DNA from: Corynebacterium glutamicum ATCC 13032
GTDB lineage: Bacteria; Actinomycetota; Actinomycetes; Mycobacteriales; Mycobacteriaceae
Direction: 5' to 3'
NCBI RefSeq assembly: GCF_000011325.1
Contig: NC_003450.3
Location: 2,820,001-2,852,000 of the forward strand
DNA length: 32,000 nucleotides
The notes under the pieces are model-generated. The model saw only the letters and a list, made by a program, of their open reading frames with translations, was not told the origin of the DNA and ran no database searches. The position numbers and the translations under genes were made by a program. Numbering within the stretch: the stretch's first letter is position 1; the number at the start of each line of letters is the position of its first letter. Shown piece by piece: positions 9,154 through 17,500 of this stretch.

Positions 9154-9750
9154 CTAATCTTCGTCGTCGAAGCTCAGATCGTCAAGATCCACGTCGGAAT
9201 CGTCGAAGTCGTCGAATGCGTCCTTCTTCTCTTCCTCGTCGCCGAGCAGGTCAGCGCGGTGGCGAGCAATGGTCTCATCGACCTGGCTGAGGAAAGCATC
9301 CGCCTTCTCATCGTCCACGGTTTCGGCGAGCGCGAGCTCACCAACAAGAACCTGACGCGCCTTGGAGAGCATGCGCTTCTCACCAGCGGAAAGGCCACGA
9401 TCCTGATCACGACGCCACAGGTCACGGACAACCTCAGCGACCTTGTTCACGTCACCGGAAGCCAAACGCTCCTGGTTAGCCTTGTAACGGCGGGACCAGT
9501 TGCCGGCTTCTTCGACGTCAATTTCACGAAGAACAGAGAAAACCTTCTGCAGGCCCTCCTCGCCGACAACGTCACGCACGCCAACGAGTTCAGCGTTCTT
9601 TGCTGGAACGCGAACGACGAGATCGGAATGATTGATCTGGAGAACCAGGTAGTCCACCGTCTCACCATTCATTTCACGCTGCTCCAGGGCTGAAATAATT
9701 GCAGCTCCGTGGTGCGGGTAAACGACGGTATCTCCGACCTTGAATTCCAT
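9154..9750 (-). CDS. carD: RNA polymerase-binding transcription factor CarD (CdnL family) with an acidic C-terminal tail
   Basis: [38 protein letters not shown] is the CarD/TRCF RID domain. The ATG at 9750 is preceded by AGGAGTGGGA. The longer track ORF (to 9819) has no RBS. Confidence 0.9.
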   Translation of the reverse strand: MEFKVGDTVVYPHHGAAIISALEQREMNGETVDYLVLQINHSDLVVRVPAKNAELVGVRDVVGEEGLQKVFSVLREIDVEEAGNWSRRYKANQERLASGDVNKVAEVVRDLWRRDQDRGLSAGEKRMLSKARQVLVGELALAETVDDEKADAFLSQVDETIARHRADLLGDEEEKKDAFDDFDDSDVDLDDLSFDDED

Positions 9751-9897
9751 TCCCACTCCTTCTAATGGCGGTTCCATTTTTGCTAGAACCAGCCGGTGGC
9801 GCCCGCATTGTCCATGCAAGCGACCTATTTAATACTTCACCCTGCTGCGCTACCCCTCAAATTTCAATCGAATTCGGGGCAGGCTTTAACCTATGGA

Positions 9898-9903
9898 ATT
9901 CTA
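9898..9903 (-). promoter_or_regulatory. Candidate sigma-A -10 box (TGgTAGAAT, extended -10) for carD
   Basis: The minus strand reads TATGGTAGAATTCC about 150 nt upstream of the carD ATG. This is prediction by eye only. Confidence 0.3.
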
Positions 9904-9945
9904 CCATATTTAACGTAACTTCAGCGCCTTGAGGCGCAGGGATAA

Positions 9946-9970
9946 TGCTTTTCGACGCGGCCCTCCACCC
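9946..9970 (+). repeat. Repeat copy A: TGCTTTTCGACGCggCCCTCCACCC
   Basis: 23/25 identical to 11905-11929 in the same orientation. It lies 88 nt upstream of the cgtR5 ATG. Confidence 0.9.
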
Positions 9971-10057
9971 GCAATCTACGGTTGAGCGGCCGAGGCCAAG
10001 GCAGCCGTTTCTGCTCCTGTTGTTAATCAGGAAACAGAAAAGGCCATACTTGAAACC

Positions 10058-10783
10058 ATGACGAACCCCTCCCCCGCGCTAAATGAAACCCTTTCCGGCA
10101 GGGTGCTGATCGTTGAAGATGAGCGCCCTCTTGCTCGCATGATTTCGCTTTATTTAAGCAAAGCGGGTTTCGATACCACCACGATCCACGACGGCGCCGC
10201 TGCTCCAGATAAGGTCGCTCACCTGCGCCCCGACGTGGTCATTTTGGATCTTGGGCTGCCTGGTCTTGATGGTTTGGAAGTGTGCAAACGCATCCGCGCG
10301 TTCACCGATTGCTACATCCTAATGCTCACCGCCAGGGGTTCAGAGCGGGATCGGATTACAGGTTTGGAAATTGGGGCTGATGATTACATCACCAAGCCGT
10401 TTAATATCCGCGAACTTGTCATTCGTATCCAGTCAGTAATGCGTCGCCCTCGAAAAATCGATGAAACCATCCAAAATGGTTTGACCTTGACTTATGGCCA
10501 CATTGAGCTGGACACCTTGGCGCATGAAGTCACTGTCAAAGGCGTTGGGGTGACACTGACCCGCACAGAATTTGAGCTGCTTCAAGCCCTCATGCACAAA
10601 CCGGGAGAGGCAGTGTCTAGGCGTGATTTGGTCAGCCAAGTGTGGGATACCACCTGGGTTGGCGATGAACGCATCGTTGACGTGCACATTGGAAATCTGC
10701 GCCGCAAGCTGGAAGCACCTGCGCCGGGTTCACACTTCATCGACACCATCCGAGGTGTTGGCTACCGGATGGCCTTCAAATGA
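10058..10783 (+). CDS. cgtR5: OmpR-family response regulator
   Basis: 241-aa ORF. The receiver domain (VLIVEDE, VVILDLGLPGLDG, KP) is followed by a winged HTH (IDTIRGVGYRM). The symbol comes from the recalled C. glutamicum gene order. Confidence 0.85.
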   Translation: MTNPSPALNETLSGRVLIVEDERPLARMISLYLSKAGFDTTTIHDGAAAPDKVAHLRPDVVILDLGLPGLDGLEVCKRIRAFTDCYILMLTARGSERDRITGLEIGADDYITKPFNIRELVIRIQSVMRRPRKIDETIQNGLTLTYGHIELDTLAHEVTVKGVGVTLTRTEFELLQALMHKPGEAVSRRDLVSQVWDTTWVGDERIVDVHIGNLRRKLEAPAPGSHFIDTIRGVGYRMAFK

Positions 10784-11898
10784 CAGCCCTCATCCCAGCT
10801 CGCCACAGCCTGACTTTTCGTCTGCTCACCGCGCAGCTTGCTGTGGTGTTGATCAGTCTGCTGGCCGCCCTGATTGTGGCTGCCTTGGTAGGGCCTGCAA
10901 TTTTCAATTCTCACCTGGATCTTTCCGGCCCGATTGATCCCCGCCAGACGGATTTCCACATTCAGGAGGCCTACCGGGACGCCAATTACATTGCCCTCGC
11001 AGCGGCACTTCCCACCGCAGTGTTGAGCTCCATTGGTGTGAGTTTTTGGCTTTCCCACCGCCTGGGCCAGCCGTTGTGGCGACTGTCCCGGGCTGCAACT
11101 GCCATGAGCTCCGGCGACTACCAGGTGCGCGTACCCATTTCCGATGTGGATAAAGAGGTCGCTGCTCTATCTCTCGCCTTCAATTCCATGGCGGATCAGC
11201 TCGAACACACAGAAGAACTCCGCCGAAACATGCTCTCCGATCTATCCCATGAAATGAACACTCCCCTTTCCGTCCTCCTTGTTTATGTCGACGGTTTGCA
11301 GGACGGCATGGTGGAGTGGGACGCCGACACCCACGCAGTTTTCGCCGAGCAACTTGGCCGGCTTTCCCGCCTCACATCAGATCTTGATGATGTCTCTAGA
11401 GCCCAAGAACACCGCTTCGACCTGGTCTACAGCACCGTCGCCATCGGTGGTCTCATTCACAATGCCGCCGGAGCCGCCGCAGGTTCCTACCAAGAAAAAG
11501 GCGTGGCCCTGGAAGTAACAGGCAGCGATTCCACCGAACTCATCCGCGTTGATAGCCAACGCTTCGCCCAAGTCATGGCCAACCTCTTCTCCAACGCCTT
11601 GCGGCACACCCCCGCCGGTGGGAAAGTTCACGTCCGCGTCCTGCGTCAAGGCGTGGGAACCATCGTCATCGAAGTCATAGACAACGGCGAAGGAATCGCC
11701 CCTGAACACGTAAAATACGTTTTCGAACGCTACTTCCGCGCCAAACGATCCGACTCCGACGACCAATCCGGCTCCGGAATCGGCCTCACCATCTCCCGCG
11801 CACTCATCGAAGCGCAAGGTGGCACACTAACCGCAGAATCCGCTGGCCTGGGCAAAGGCGCGAAATTTACCATCCGACTACCCCTTTTAAGCAAATAA
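10780..11898 (+). CDS. cgtS5: Sensor histidine kinase (2 TM, HAMP, HisKA, HATPase_c)
   Basis: 372-aa ORF with an ATGA overlap with the regulator gene. H-box LSDLSHEMNTPLS, N-box FSNALRHTP, and G-boxes VIDNGEGI and GSGIGLTISR. The predicted extracytoplasmic loop is only about 30 aa. Confidence 0.85.
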   Translation: MTALIPARHSLTFRLLTAQLAVVLISLLAALIVAALVGPAIFNSHLDLSGPIDPRQTDFHIQEAYRDANYIALAAALPTAVLSSIGVSFWLSHRLGQPLWRLSRAATAMSSGDYQVRVPISDVDKEVAALSLAFNSMADQLEHTEELRRNMLSDLSHEMNTPLSVLLVYVDGLQDGMVEWDADTHAVFAEQLGRLSRLTSDLDDVSRAQEHRFDLVYSTVAIGGLIHNAAGAAAGSYQEKGVALEVTGSDSTELIRVDSQRFAQVMANLFSNALRHTPAGGKVHVRVLRQGVGTIVIEVIDNGEGIAPEHVKYVFERYFRAKRSDSDDQSGSGIGLTISRALIEAQGGTLTAESAGLGKGAKFTIRLPLLSK

Positions 11899-11904
11899 AA
11901 AAAT

Positions 11905-11929
11905 TGCTTTTCGACGCTTCCCTCCACCC
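11905..11929 (+). repeat. Repeat copy B: TGCTTTTCGACGCttCCCTCCACCC
   Basis: It begins 7 nt after the cgtS5 stop. It is 23/25 identical to 9946-9970. Confidence 0.9.
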
Positions 11930-12100
11930 TTGAACAATCCACATTTAAGATTTATGCCCCTTTTGTTTGCCCCCGTTTACACCCTCCGTTTAATCAACCG
12001 ACTGTGTGAATGCGCTTAAACGGACTAGGGTTGTGAGCAGCATATCCAGATTTTTCTGGATAAATCCTGGAATTTCTTAAAACCAATGGAGGACGAATCC

Positions 12101-12670
12101 GTGAAGTCCCTGAACTTGGCTGCCCGTCGTGGCGCGCTCGTGACCGTGGCTGCTGCGTCAGCTCTTGCGCTTGCATCCTGCAGTGCCGGACAGATCACCC
12201 AGACCTCAAGCCAGGTTGCAGCAGTTGATGGCAACCAGGCAGGCTCCGCGAACGACCCAGTTCTGGTGCGTGATGTAACCGTGCACCTCACCACCGACGG
12301 CGAAGCTGGAGTAAAGTTCACCGCCATCAACCAGGACACCTCTCACACTTCTCACACCCTTGAGTCCGTCACCGTTGACGGCGAAGAGGTTGAGCTTGAT
12401 GATGCAGAGCCAATCGAGCGCAACTGCTCCCTCGTTGCAGACATCCAGTCCGAACTGGATCTGATCGAGGAGCCAGAAGTTGGCTGCATCCAGCACGTAG
12501 CAACTTCTCTTGAGAACCCAGGTTTCGCATACGGCGGAGTCGTGCCAGTTGAGTTCGTCTTCGACACCGGTGCGATCACCATCGATGCCACCGTTTCCGC
12601 ACCTGTCCTCGAGTCAGGCGTAGAAAACCGCGAGGTCGGCGGAGACACTGCAGAGGCAAGCCACCACTAA
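12101..12670 (+). CDS. lpqE: LpqE-like lipoprotein
   Basis: Signal peptide with lipobox ([27 protein letters not shown]), then [17 protein letters not shown], which resembles M. tuberculosis LpqE as I recall it. I prefer the GTG at 12101 (GGAGGA lies 7 nt upstream and the n-region is basic). The track ATG at 12086 would add an acidic MEDES. Confidence 0.7.
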
Positions 12671-12690
12671 GCCTCTCAAAGCTGCTTGAA

Positions 12691-12733
12691 CCGCCCACTT
12701 CCAATGAATTGTTGGAGGTGGGCGGTTCTTTTT
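12691..12733 (+). terminator. Rho-independent terminator after the lpqE-like gene
   Basis: CCGCCCACTTCCAA (12691-12704) pairs with TTGGAGGTGGGCGG (12712-12725), 13/14 bp, followed by TTCTTTTT. Confidence 0.75.
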
Positions 12734-12790
12734 CACCCCTTTTCGAACACCGTTTCTCTTAATGTCCATCCCACCGTTTAAGGTAGGGGC

Positions 12791-14185
12791 ATGGCAAAAA
12801 AGGTTCGCAGCGTACACGAGTGTTCTGAATGTGGTTATTCCAGCCCAAAGTGGTTGGGGCGCTGCCCTGAATGTGGTTCTTGGGGTTCCATGGAAGAGCG
12901 CACAGTCGGTGAGTCCGGTGGTGCGGCTCGTGCTGCTGTGTCGGGTGCTGCGCCGGCAGGCTTGACCCCAACTTCCCCGGCAGTGCCCATCGGTAAGATC
13001 GTTGCTTCCCAGGCCACAAGCATTTCCACTGGTATTGGAGAGTTAGATCGCGTACTCGGTAACGGCATCGTGCCAGGATCCGTCGTACTCATGGCCGGTG
13101 AGCCCGGTGTTGGTAAATCCACTTTGCTGCTTGAGGTCGCAAGCCGTTGGGCTTCAATGAAAGAGGGCGACGGGACCCGCACCGCGCTGTATGTCACCGC
13201 GGAGGAATCAGCAGGTCAGGTGCGTCTTCGCGCTGAGCGCACCGCAGCTGTCAAAGACACCCTTTATCTTGCTGCTGAATCCAATCTGGATGTGGTTTTC
13301 GGCCACGTTAACCAAGTGAAACCGAGCCTCCTCATCGTGGACTCCGTGCAAACTATGCATGCCGCTGGCGTTGAAGGCGTTGCGGGCGGTGTCGCGCAAT
13401 CTCGCGCTGTCACAGCCGCGCTCACCACGCTTGCGAAAACCTCCGGAATCCCAATTCTCTTGGTAGGCCACGTCACAAAAGACGGCAACGTCGCAGGTCC
13501 ACGCGTCCTTGAACACCTCGTTGACGTCGTTTTAAACTTCGAAGGTGACCGCCACTCCTCCTTAAGAATGCTCCGTGGCATCAAAAACCGCTTCGGTGCC
13601 ACCGATGAAGTCGGCTGCTTCGAACAACAATCCGACGGCATCAAAGAAGTCCCCGATCCCTCCGGACTCTTCCTCTCCCACCGCGGCTCTACCCCAGACG
13701 GCACCGCGGTCACCGTCGCCATGGATGGCGTGCGCCCGCTATTAGCGGAGGTTCAAAGCTTGCTTGTCGACGCCCCCTCCAAGAATCCACGCAGGGTCGT
13801 CACGGGCCTCGACGCCAATCGGGTCCCCATGGTCCTTGCGGTGTTATCCGCACGCGCCGGACGCCAAACCCAAGGAAAAGACGCTTACGTGGCAACCGTT
13901 GGTGGCATGAAAGTTGGCGAACCAGCAACAGACCTCGCTGTCGCGCTCGCTACTGCCTCGGCTTTAGCCAAGAAACCACTACCAGATAAAACAGTGGTAC
14001 TCGGTGAAGTCGGCTTGGCCGGAGAAATCCGTCGCGTCCCCAACGTTGATCGCAGACTAGCCGAGGCGGAACGTTTAGGTTATGAAAAAGCAGTCATCCC
14101 CGGAGGCTCAGGCATCAAACAAACAAGCCTGAGAGTCATCGAAGCTTCAACACTTGCCGAAGCACTTGCAGCAGTAAGCTTATAA
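12791..14185 (+). CDS. radA: DNA repair protein RadA (Sms)
   Basis: 464-aa ORF. Zinc finger CSECGYSSPKWLGRCPECGSW, Walker A GEPGVGKST, a KNRFG motif and a Lon-protease-like C-terminal domain. Confidence 0.95.
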   Translation: MAKKVRSVHECSECGYSSPKWLGRCPECGSWGSMEERTVGESGGAARAAVSGAAPAGLTPTSPAVPIGKIVASQATSISTGIGELDRVLGNGIVPGSVVLMAGEPGVGKSTLLLEVASRWASMKEGDGTRTALYVTAEESAGQVRLRAERTAAVKDTLYLAAESNLDVVFGHVNQVKPSLLIVDSVQTMHAAGVEGVAGGVAQSRAVTAALTTLAKTSGIPILLVGHVTKDGNVAGPRVLEHLVDVVLNFEGDRHSSLRMLRGIKNRFGATDEVGCFEQQSDGIKEVPDPSGLFLSHRGSTPDGTAVTVAMDGVRPLLAEVQSLLVDAPSKNPRRVVTGLDANRVPMVLAVLSARAGRQTQGKDAYVATVGGMKVGEPATDLAVALATASALAKKPLPDKTVVLGEVGLAGEIRRVPNVDRRLAEAERLGYEKAVIPGGSGIKQTSLRVIEASTLAEALAAVSL

Positions 14186-14188
14186 AGC

Positions 14189-15289
14189 ATGACACCAACA
14201 ACCACTCCTGTATCAAACCCAGATGCCCTTTCCACTGGAACTCAGGATGTGCACACCCTCAAAGGAACGTTGCAGCGCCTCGCCCCAGGCACACCACTTC
14301 GCGATGGCTTAGACCGCATCGTCCGAGGACACACCGGCGCGTTAATCGTCATTGGTGATGATGAAAACGTCTCCTCGATCTGCGACGGCGGCTTTGAATT
14401 CGACGTTTCGTTTGCTGCAACCCGACTCCGCGAGCTGTGCAAGATGGATGGCGCTGTCATCTTGTCTTCCGACCTTGAGCGTATCAAACGCGCCAATGTT
14501 CAGCTGCTGCCTTCACCAACCTGGCCAACCCAGGAGTCCGGCACCCGCCACCGTTCTGCAGAACGCACCGCGCTTCACACCGGTGTGCCAGTGATTGCGG
14601 TATCCGAATCACAAAACACCATCACTCTCTACGTCGAGGGCAAATCCCACATGTTGGAGCAGCCAGCTGCCCTGCTTAACCGCGCCAACCAAGCTTTGGG
14701 AACAATGGAGCGCTACCGCGATCGTCTCGATCAGGTCAATAACCGCCTTCACCTGGCTGAACTCCACAGCTATGTCACCGTGATTGATGTTGTTTCTGTC
14801 ATTCAGCGCGAGGAAATGCTGCGCCGAGTGGGTGAAATCATTGATGGCGATGTTCTTGAACTAGGCAAAGACGCCAAGGAGATTCAGATCCAGCTCAGCG
14901 AATTACGTGGCGATAATGACCGAGAACGTGAATCAATCATTGCTGATTACCTTGTCACCGACGGTATTCCTGCAGATGAGGAAATCCACGCAGCCCTCGA
15001 AGCGATCTCACATTTAGATGATAAGGCTCTGCTGAATCCTGCGAACATCGCGCGTGTTCTTGGACTGCCACCGACCGAGGAAGCACTTGATGAGCCAGTC
15101 ACTCCTCGCGGCTACCGCACGCTCAACAGAATTCCTCGAGTGCAAAAATTCCTCATGGATAAACTCATCGTGGAATTCGGCAACTTGGATGCACTGCTCA
15201 ATGCGTCAGTAGAGGATCTAAGTGCAGTCGATGGTGTGGGCTCACTGTGGGCACGCCACATCACCGACGGACTTGGCCGTTTAAGTTAG
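14189..15289 (+). CDS. disA: DNA integrity scanning protein DisA (diadenylate cyclase)
   Basis: 366-aa ORF starting 3 nt after radA. DAC-domain motifs MDGAVIL and GTRHRSAERTA, with a C-terminal helix-hairpin-helix region (VDGVGSLWARHI). Confidence 0.95.
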   Translation: MTPTTTPVSNPDALSTGTQDVHTLKGTLQRLAPGTPLRDGLDRIVRGHTGALIVIGDDENVSSICDGGFEFDVSFAATRLRELCKMDGAVILSSDLERIKRANVQLLPSPTWPTQESGTRHRSAERTALHTGVPVIAVSESQNTITLYVEGKSHMLEQPAALLNRANQALGTMERYRDRLDQVNNRLHLAELHSYVTVIDVVSVIQREEMLRRVGEIIDGDVLELGKDAKEIQIQLSELRGDNDRERESIIADYLVTDGIPADEEIHAALEAISHLDDKALLNPANIARVLGLPPTEEALDEPVTPRGYRTLNRIPRVQKFLMDKLIVEFGNLDALLNASVEDLSAVDGVGSLWARHITDGLGRLS

Positions 15290-15970
15290 GTTAAAGGTCA
15301 CCGCTGGTGAAGGGTTATTACCGACCACAGTGTGCAAGTAGTAGCCACCGGCGGGGACATCAGTGCGGTTGTTGCACTGGTTTGGCGCTGAAGTGGTACG
15401 AGACCATGTTGCCTGGAAGTAGCGATCCTCGCCGGCAGGGAACACGCTCGTGCCGTCTTCAACTGCAGGGTTGCAGTCGACATCAGACCAGATTCGTGCG
15501 TTGGTCGCGAGATTGTATACCTCGAAACGGAGTTTGTTCTCCTCGAGGTCAATTTCGCAATCAACAGCAGTCGGATTATGCACAGCCATAAATAATTCTG
15601 GCTGCGCAGAACCTGAGAAAGTCGGCTGATTAGTGCTTGCGGAAATCACCAAGTCACTAAGCTCACAGGTCTTTTTTGCATCTGCTGCAACGGTGGATGT
15701 TGCGGTTGGTTCAGCACTGGAAGTCTCTTCTTCTGTGGTGGCTTCAGTCGTGGATTCTTTAGAAGAAGAACTAGACGTCGTGGAAGATTCCATTGAGGAG
15801 GTCACTACAGCATTATTTGGCTGCTCTTCCTCAGGCTCCGATGATCCACCTCGAAGCGCGACGACTGCCCAGATAATCAAGGCAATCACGACGAGCAGAA
15901 CTAGGAGCGCTGCCATGCGGCGGCGCTTGTAAATGACTTCATTATGTCTCGGCGTTCCCACACAGAACAC
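15281..15970 (-). CDS. Membrane-anchored Ser/Thr/Glu-rich protein with a Cys-containing C-terminal domain (Rv3587c-like, DUF4232-like)
   Basis: 229-aa ORF. A basic N-terminus and one TM helix (AALLVLLVVIALIIWAVVAL) are followed by a low-complexity S/T/E linker and a globular domain with 4 Cys. The start is uncertain (GTG 15970, GTG 15961 or ATG 15916). It is syntenic with the gene next to disA in mycobacteria (recalled). Confidence 0.65.
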   Translation of the reverse strand: MFCVGTPRHNEVIYKRRRMAALLVLLVVIALIIWAVVALRGGSSEPEEEQPNNAVVTSSMESSTTSSSSSKESTTEATTEEETSSAEPTATSTVAADAKKTCELSDLVISASTNQPTFSGSAQPELFMAVHNPTAVDCEIDLEENKLRFEVYNLATNARIWSDVDCNPAVEDGTSVFPAGEDRYFQATWSRTTSAPNQCNNRTDVPAGGYYLHTVVGNNPSPAVTFNLT

Positions 15971-16019
15971 TCTATTACTTTCATCGGCCTGTTCAGCGGA
16001 TTAGCGTTTTGGGCGTGTT

Positions 16020-16044
16020 GAGTGTGGGGTTACGTCGAAAAACA
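16020..16044 (-). repeat. Diverged copy D of the TTTTCGACG element (TGTTTTTCGACGTaaCCCCACAC on the minus strand)
   Basis: 11/13 match to the TGCTTTTCGACGC core, followed by a C-rich CCCCACAC tail. It starts 1 nt after the vdh stop codon. Confidence 0.5.
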
Positions 16045-16045
16045 A

Positions 16046-17500
16046 TTAGCTGCGCTTGATGCCGATCCATCGATCTGTGGTGAACTCCTCGATCGCCCAA
16101 TCGCCGTTGAAGCGGCCGAGGCCAGAGTTCTTTGAACCACCGAACATCACGTGTGGTTCATCGTTGACGGTGAGGTCATTGATGTGAACCATGCCGGAAT
16201 CAATCTGCAGAGCAAACTGGGCTGCACGATCAATATCCTTCGACCACACTGCCGCGCTCAAACCAAAGTCGGAAGCATTGGCCAGCTCTGCTGCGTGTGC
16301 CTCATCATCGGCCTTCAGCACGCTGATGAGAGGTCCGAAGATTTCCTCACGAGCGATTTCCATGTCAGAGGTGACATCAGAGAACACATGCGGATGAACC
16401 AGTCGGCCTTCAATTGGCCCTTCAACCTGGACGGTTGCGCCTTCCTTTTTGGCCAACTCGATCTTTTCCTTCAAACCACTGAGCTGACTGTCATTAATGA
16501 CAGGTCCAACAAGGGTTCCTTCTGCGCTTGGATCGCCGGTTGGAATGTTCTTCACTGCTTCAACGAACTTCTCTAGGAATTCATCATGAACTGCAGCATC
16601 AACAATGACTCGGTTGATTGACATACAAATCTGTCCCTGGTGTAGGAAAGCGCCAACTGCGGCAGCCTGGGCAGCGGCGTCGATGTCGGCGTCGGCAAGC
16701 ACAACGAACGGCGCGTTGCCACCGAGCTCTAGTGCAACAGTTTTCATTGGTCCACCATTAATTGCCAGCTCACCGACACGACGACCGACTGGGGTTGAAC
16801 CGGTGAAAGAAATCAGCTTTGGCACGGCGTGGGTGACAAAGTGATCACCGATTTCAGATCCTGCGCCCGCAACCGTGCTGATCACGCCTGCAGGAACTCC
16901 GGCCTCCTCAAAGATTCGTGCAGGAATTACACCACCAGTAACTGGGGTATCACTCGCAGGCTTAATCACTACGGCGTTGCCCACGGCTAGTGCCGGAGCA
17001 ACCGAGCGGATCGAGAGGTTCAGTGGGAAATTCCATGGACTAATCACTCCGACAACGCCCTTGGCTACGCGGTACACACGGTTTTCTTTGCCCGGAGTAT
17101 TCGAAGGAGAAATTCGACCATGCACACGACCAGGGAATGAAGCCGATTCTTTAGTGATGTTTCCTGCCAAAGTGATTTCCAAATTAGCCTTGGAACGCGT
17201 CGAGCCGGATTCCTTGATCAGCCATTCCACGATTTCCTCCCGGTGCTCTTCAAGAAGTTCAGCCGCACGGTAGATGATGGCAGATCGTTCCGCAGCGGGC
17301 GTAGCTGCCCACTCAGCCTGGGCCTTCTTCGCGGCTTCATACGCGGCATCAACATCAGCAATGGAAGCTTGTTTGCTTTCGGCGATTACGGAATCGTCGT
17401 AAGGATTGATATTGGTGGAAATTCGATCCGAGTTTCCCTCCACCCACTGACCTCCGATGAGGTGTTTGGTGGCGTCGATTCCAGCAAATGTTGCAGTCAC
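16046..17500 (-). CDS. vdh: NAD(P)-dependent aromatic aldehyde dehydrogenase (vanillin/benzaldehyde dehydrogenase type)
   Basis: ALDH family: VALELGGNAPFVV and the catalytic Cys in FLHQGQICMSINR. I prefer the GTG at 17500, with AGGAG 5 nt upstream (484 aa). The track begins at the TTG at 17536. The substrate assignment is recalled from C. glutamicum cg2953 work. Confidence 0.85.
   Translation of the reverse strand: MTATFAGIDATKHLIGGQWVEGNSDRISTNINPYDDSVIAESKQASIADVDAAYEAAKKAQAEWAATPAAERSAIIYRAAELLEEHREEIVEWLIKESGSTRSKANLEITLAGNITKESASFPGRVHGRISPSNTPGKENRVYRVAKGVVGVISPWNFPLNLSIRSVAPALAVGNAVVIKPASDTPVTGGVIPARIFEEAGVPAGVISTVAGAGSEIGDHFVTHAVPKLISFTGSTPVGRRVGELAINGGPMKTVALELGGNAPFVVLADADIDAAAQAAAVGAFLHQGQICMSINRVIVDAAVHDEFLEKFVEAVKNIPTGDPSAEGTLVGPVINDSQLSGLKEKIELAKKEGATVQVEGPIEGRLVHPHVFSDVTSDMEIAREEIFGPLISVLKADDEAHAAELANASDFGLSAAVWSKDIDRAAQFALQIDSGMVHINDLTVNDEPHVMFGGSKNSGLGRFNGDWAIEEFTTDRWIGIKRS

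Noticed and set aside
9751-9819. Longer carD ORF starting at 9819
   Set aside because: The conserved CarD domain begins at MEFKVGD, and AGGAG precedes the ATG at 9750. The extension has no homology signal.
12737-12757. Possible LexA SOS box upstream of radA (TCGAACACCGTTTCTC)
   Set aside because: Only the TCGAAC half-site matches. The second half (TTTCTC against GTTCGA) matches at 3 of 6 positions.
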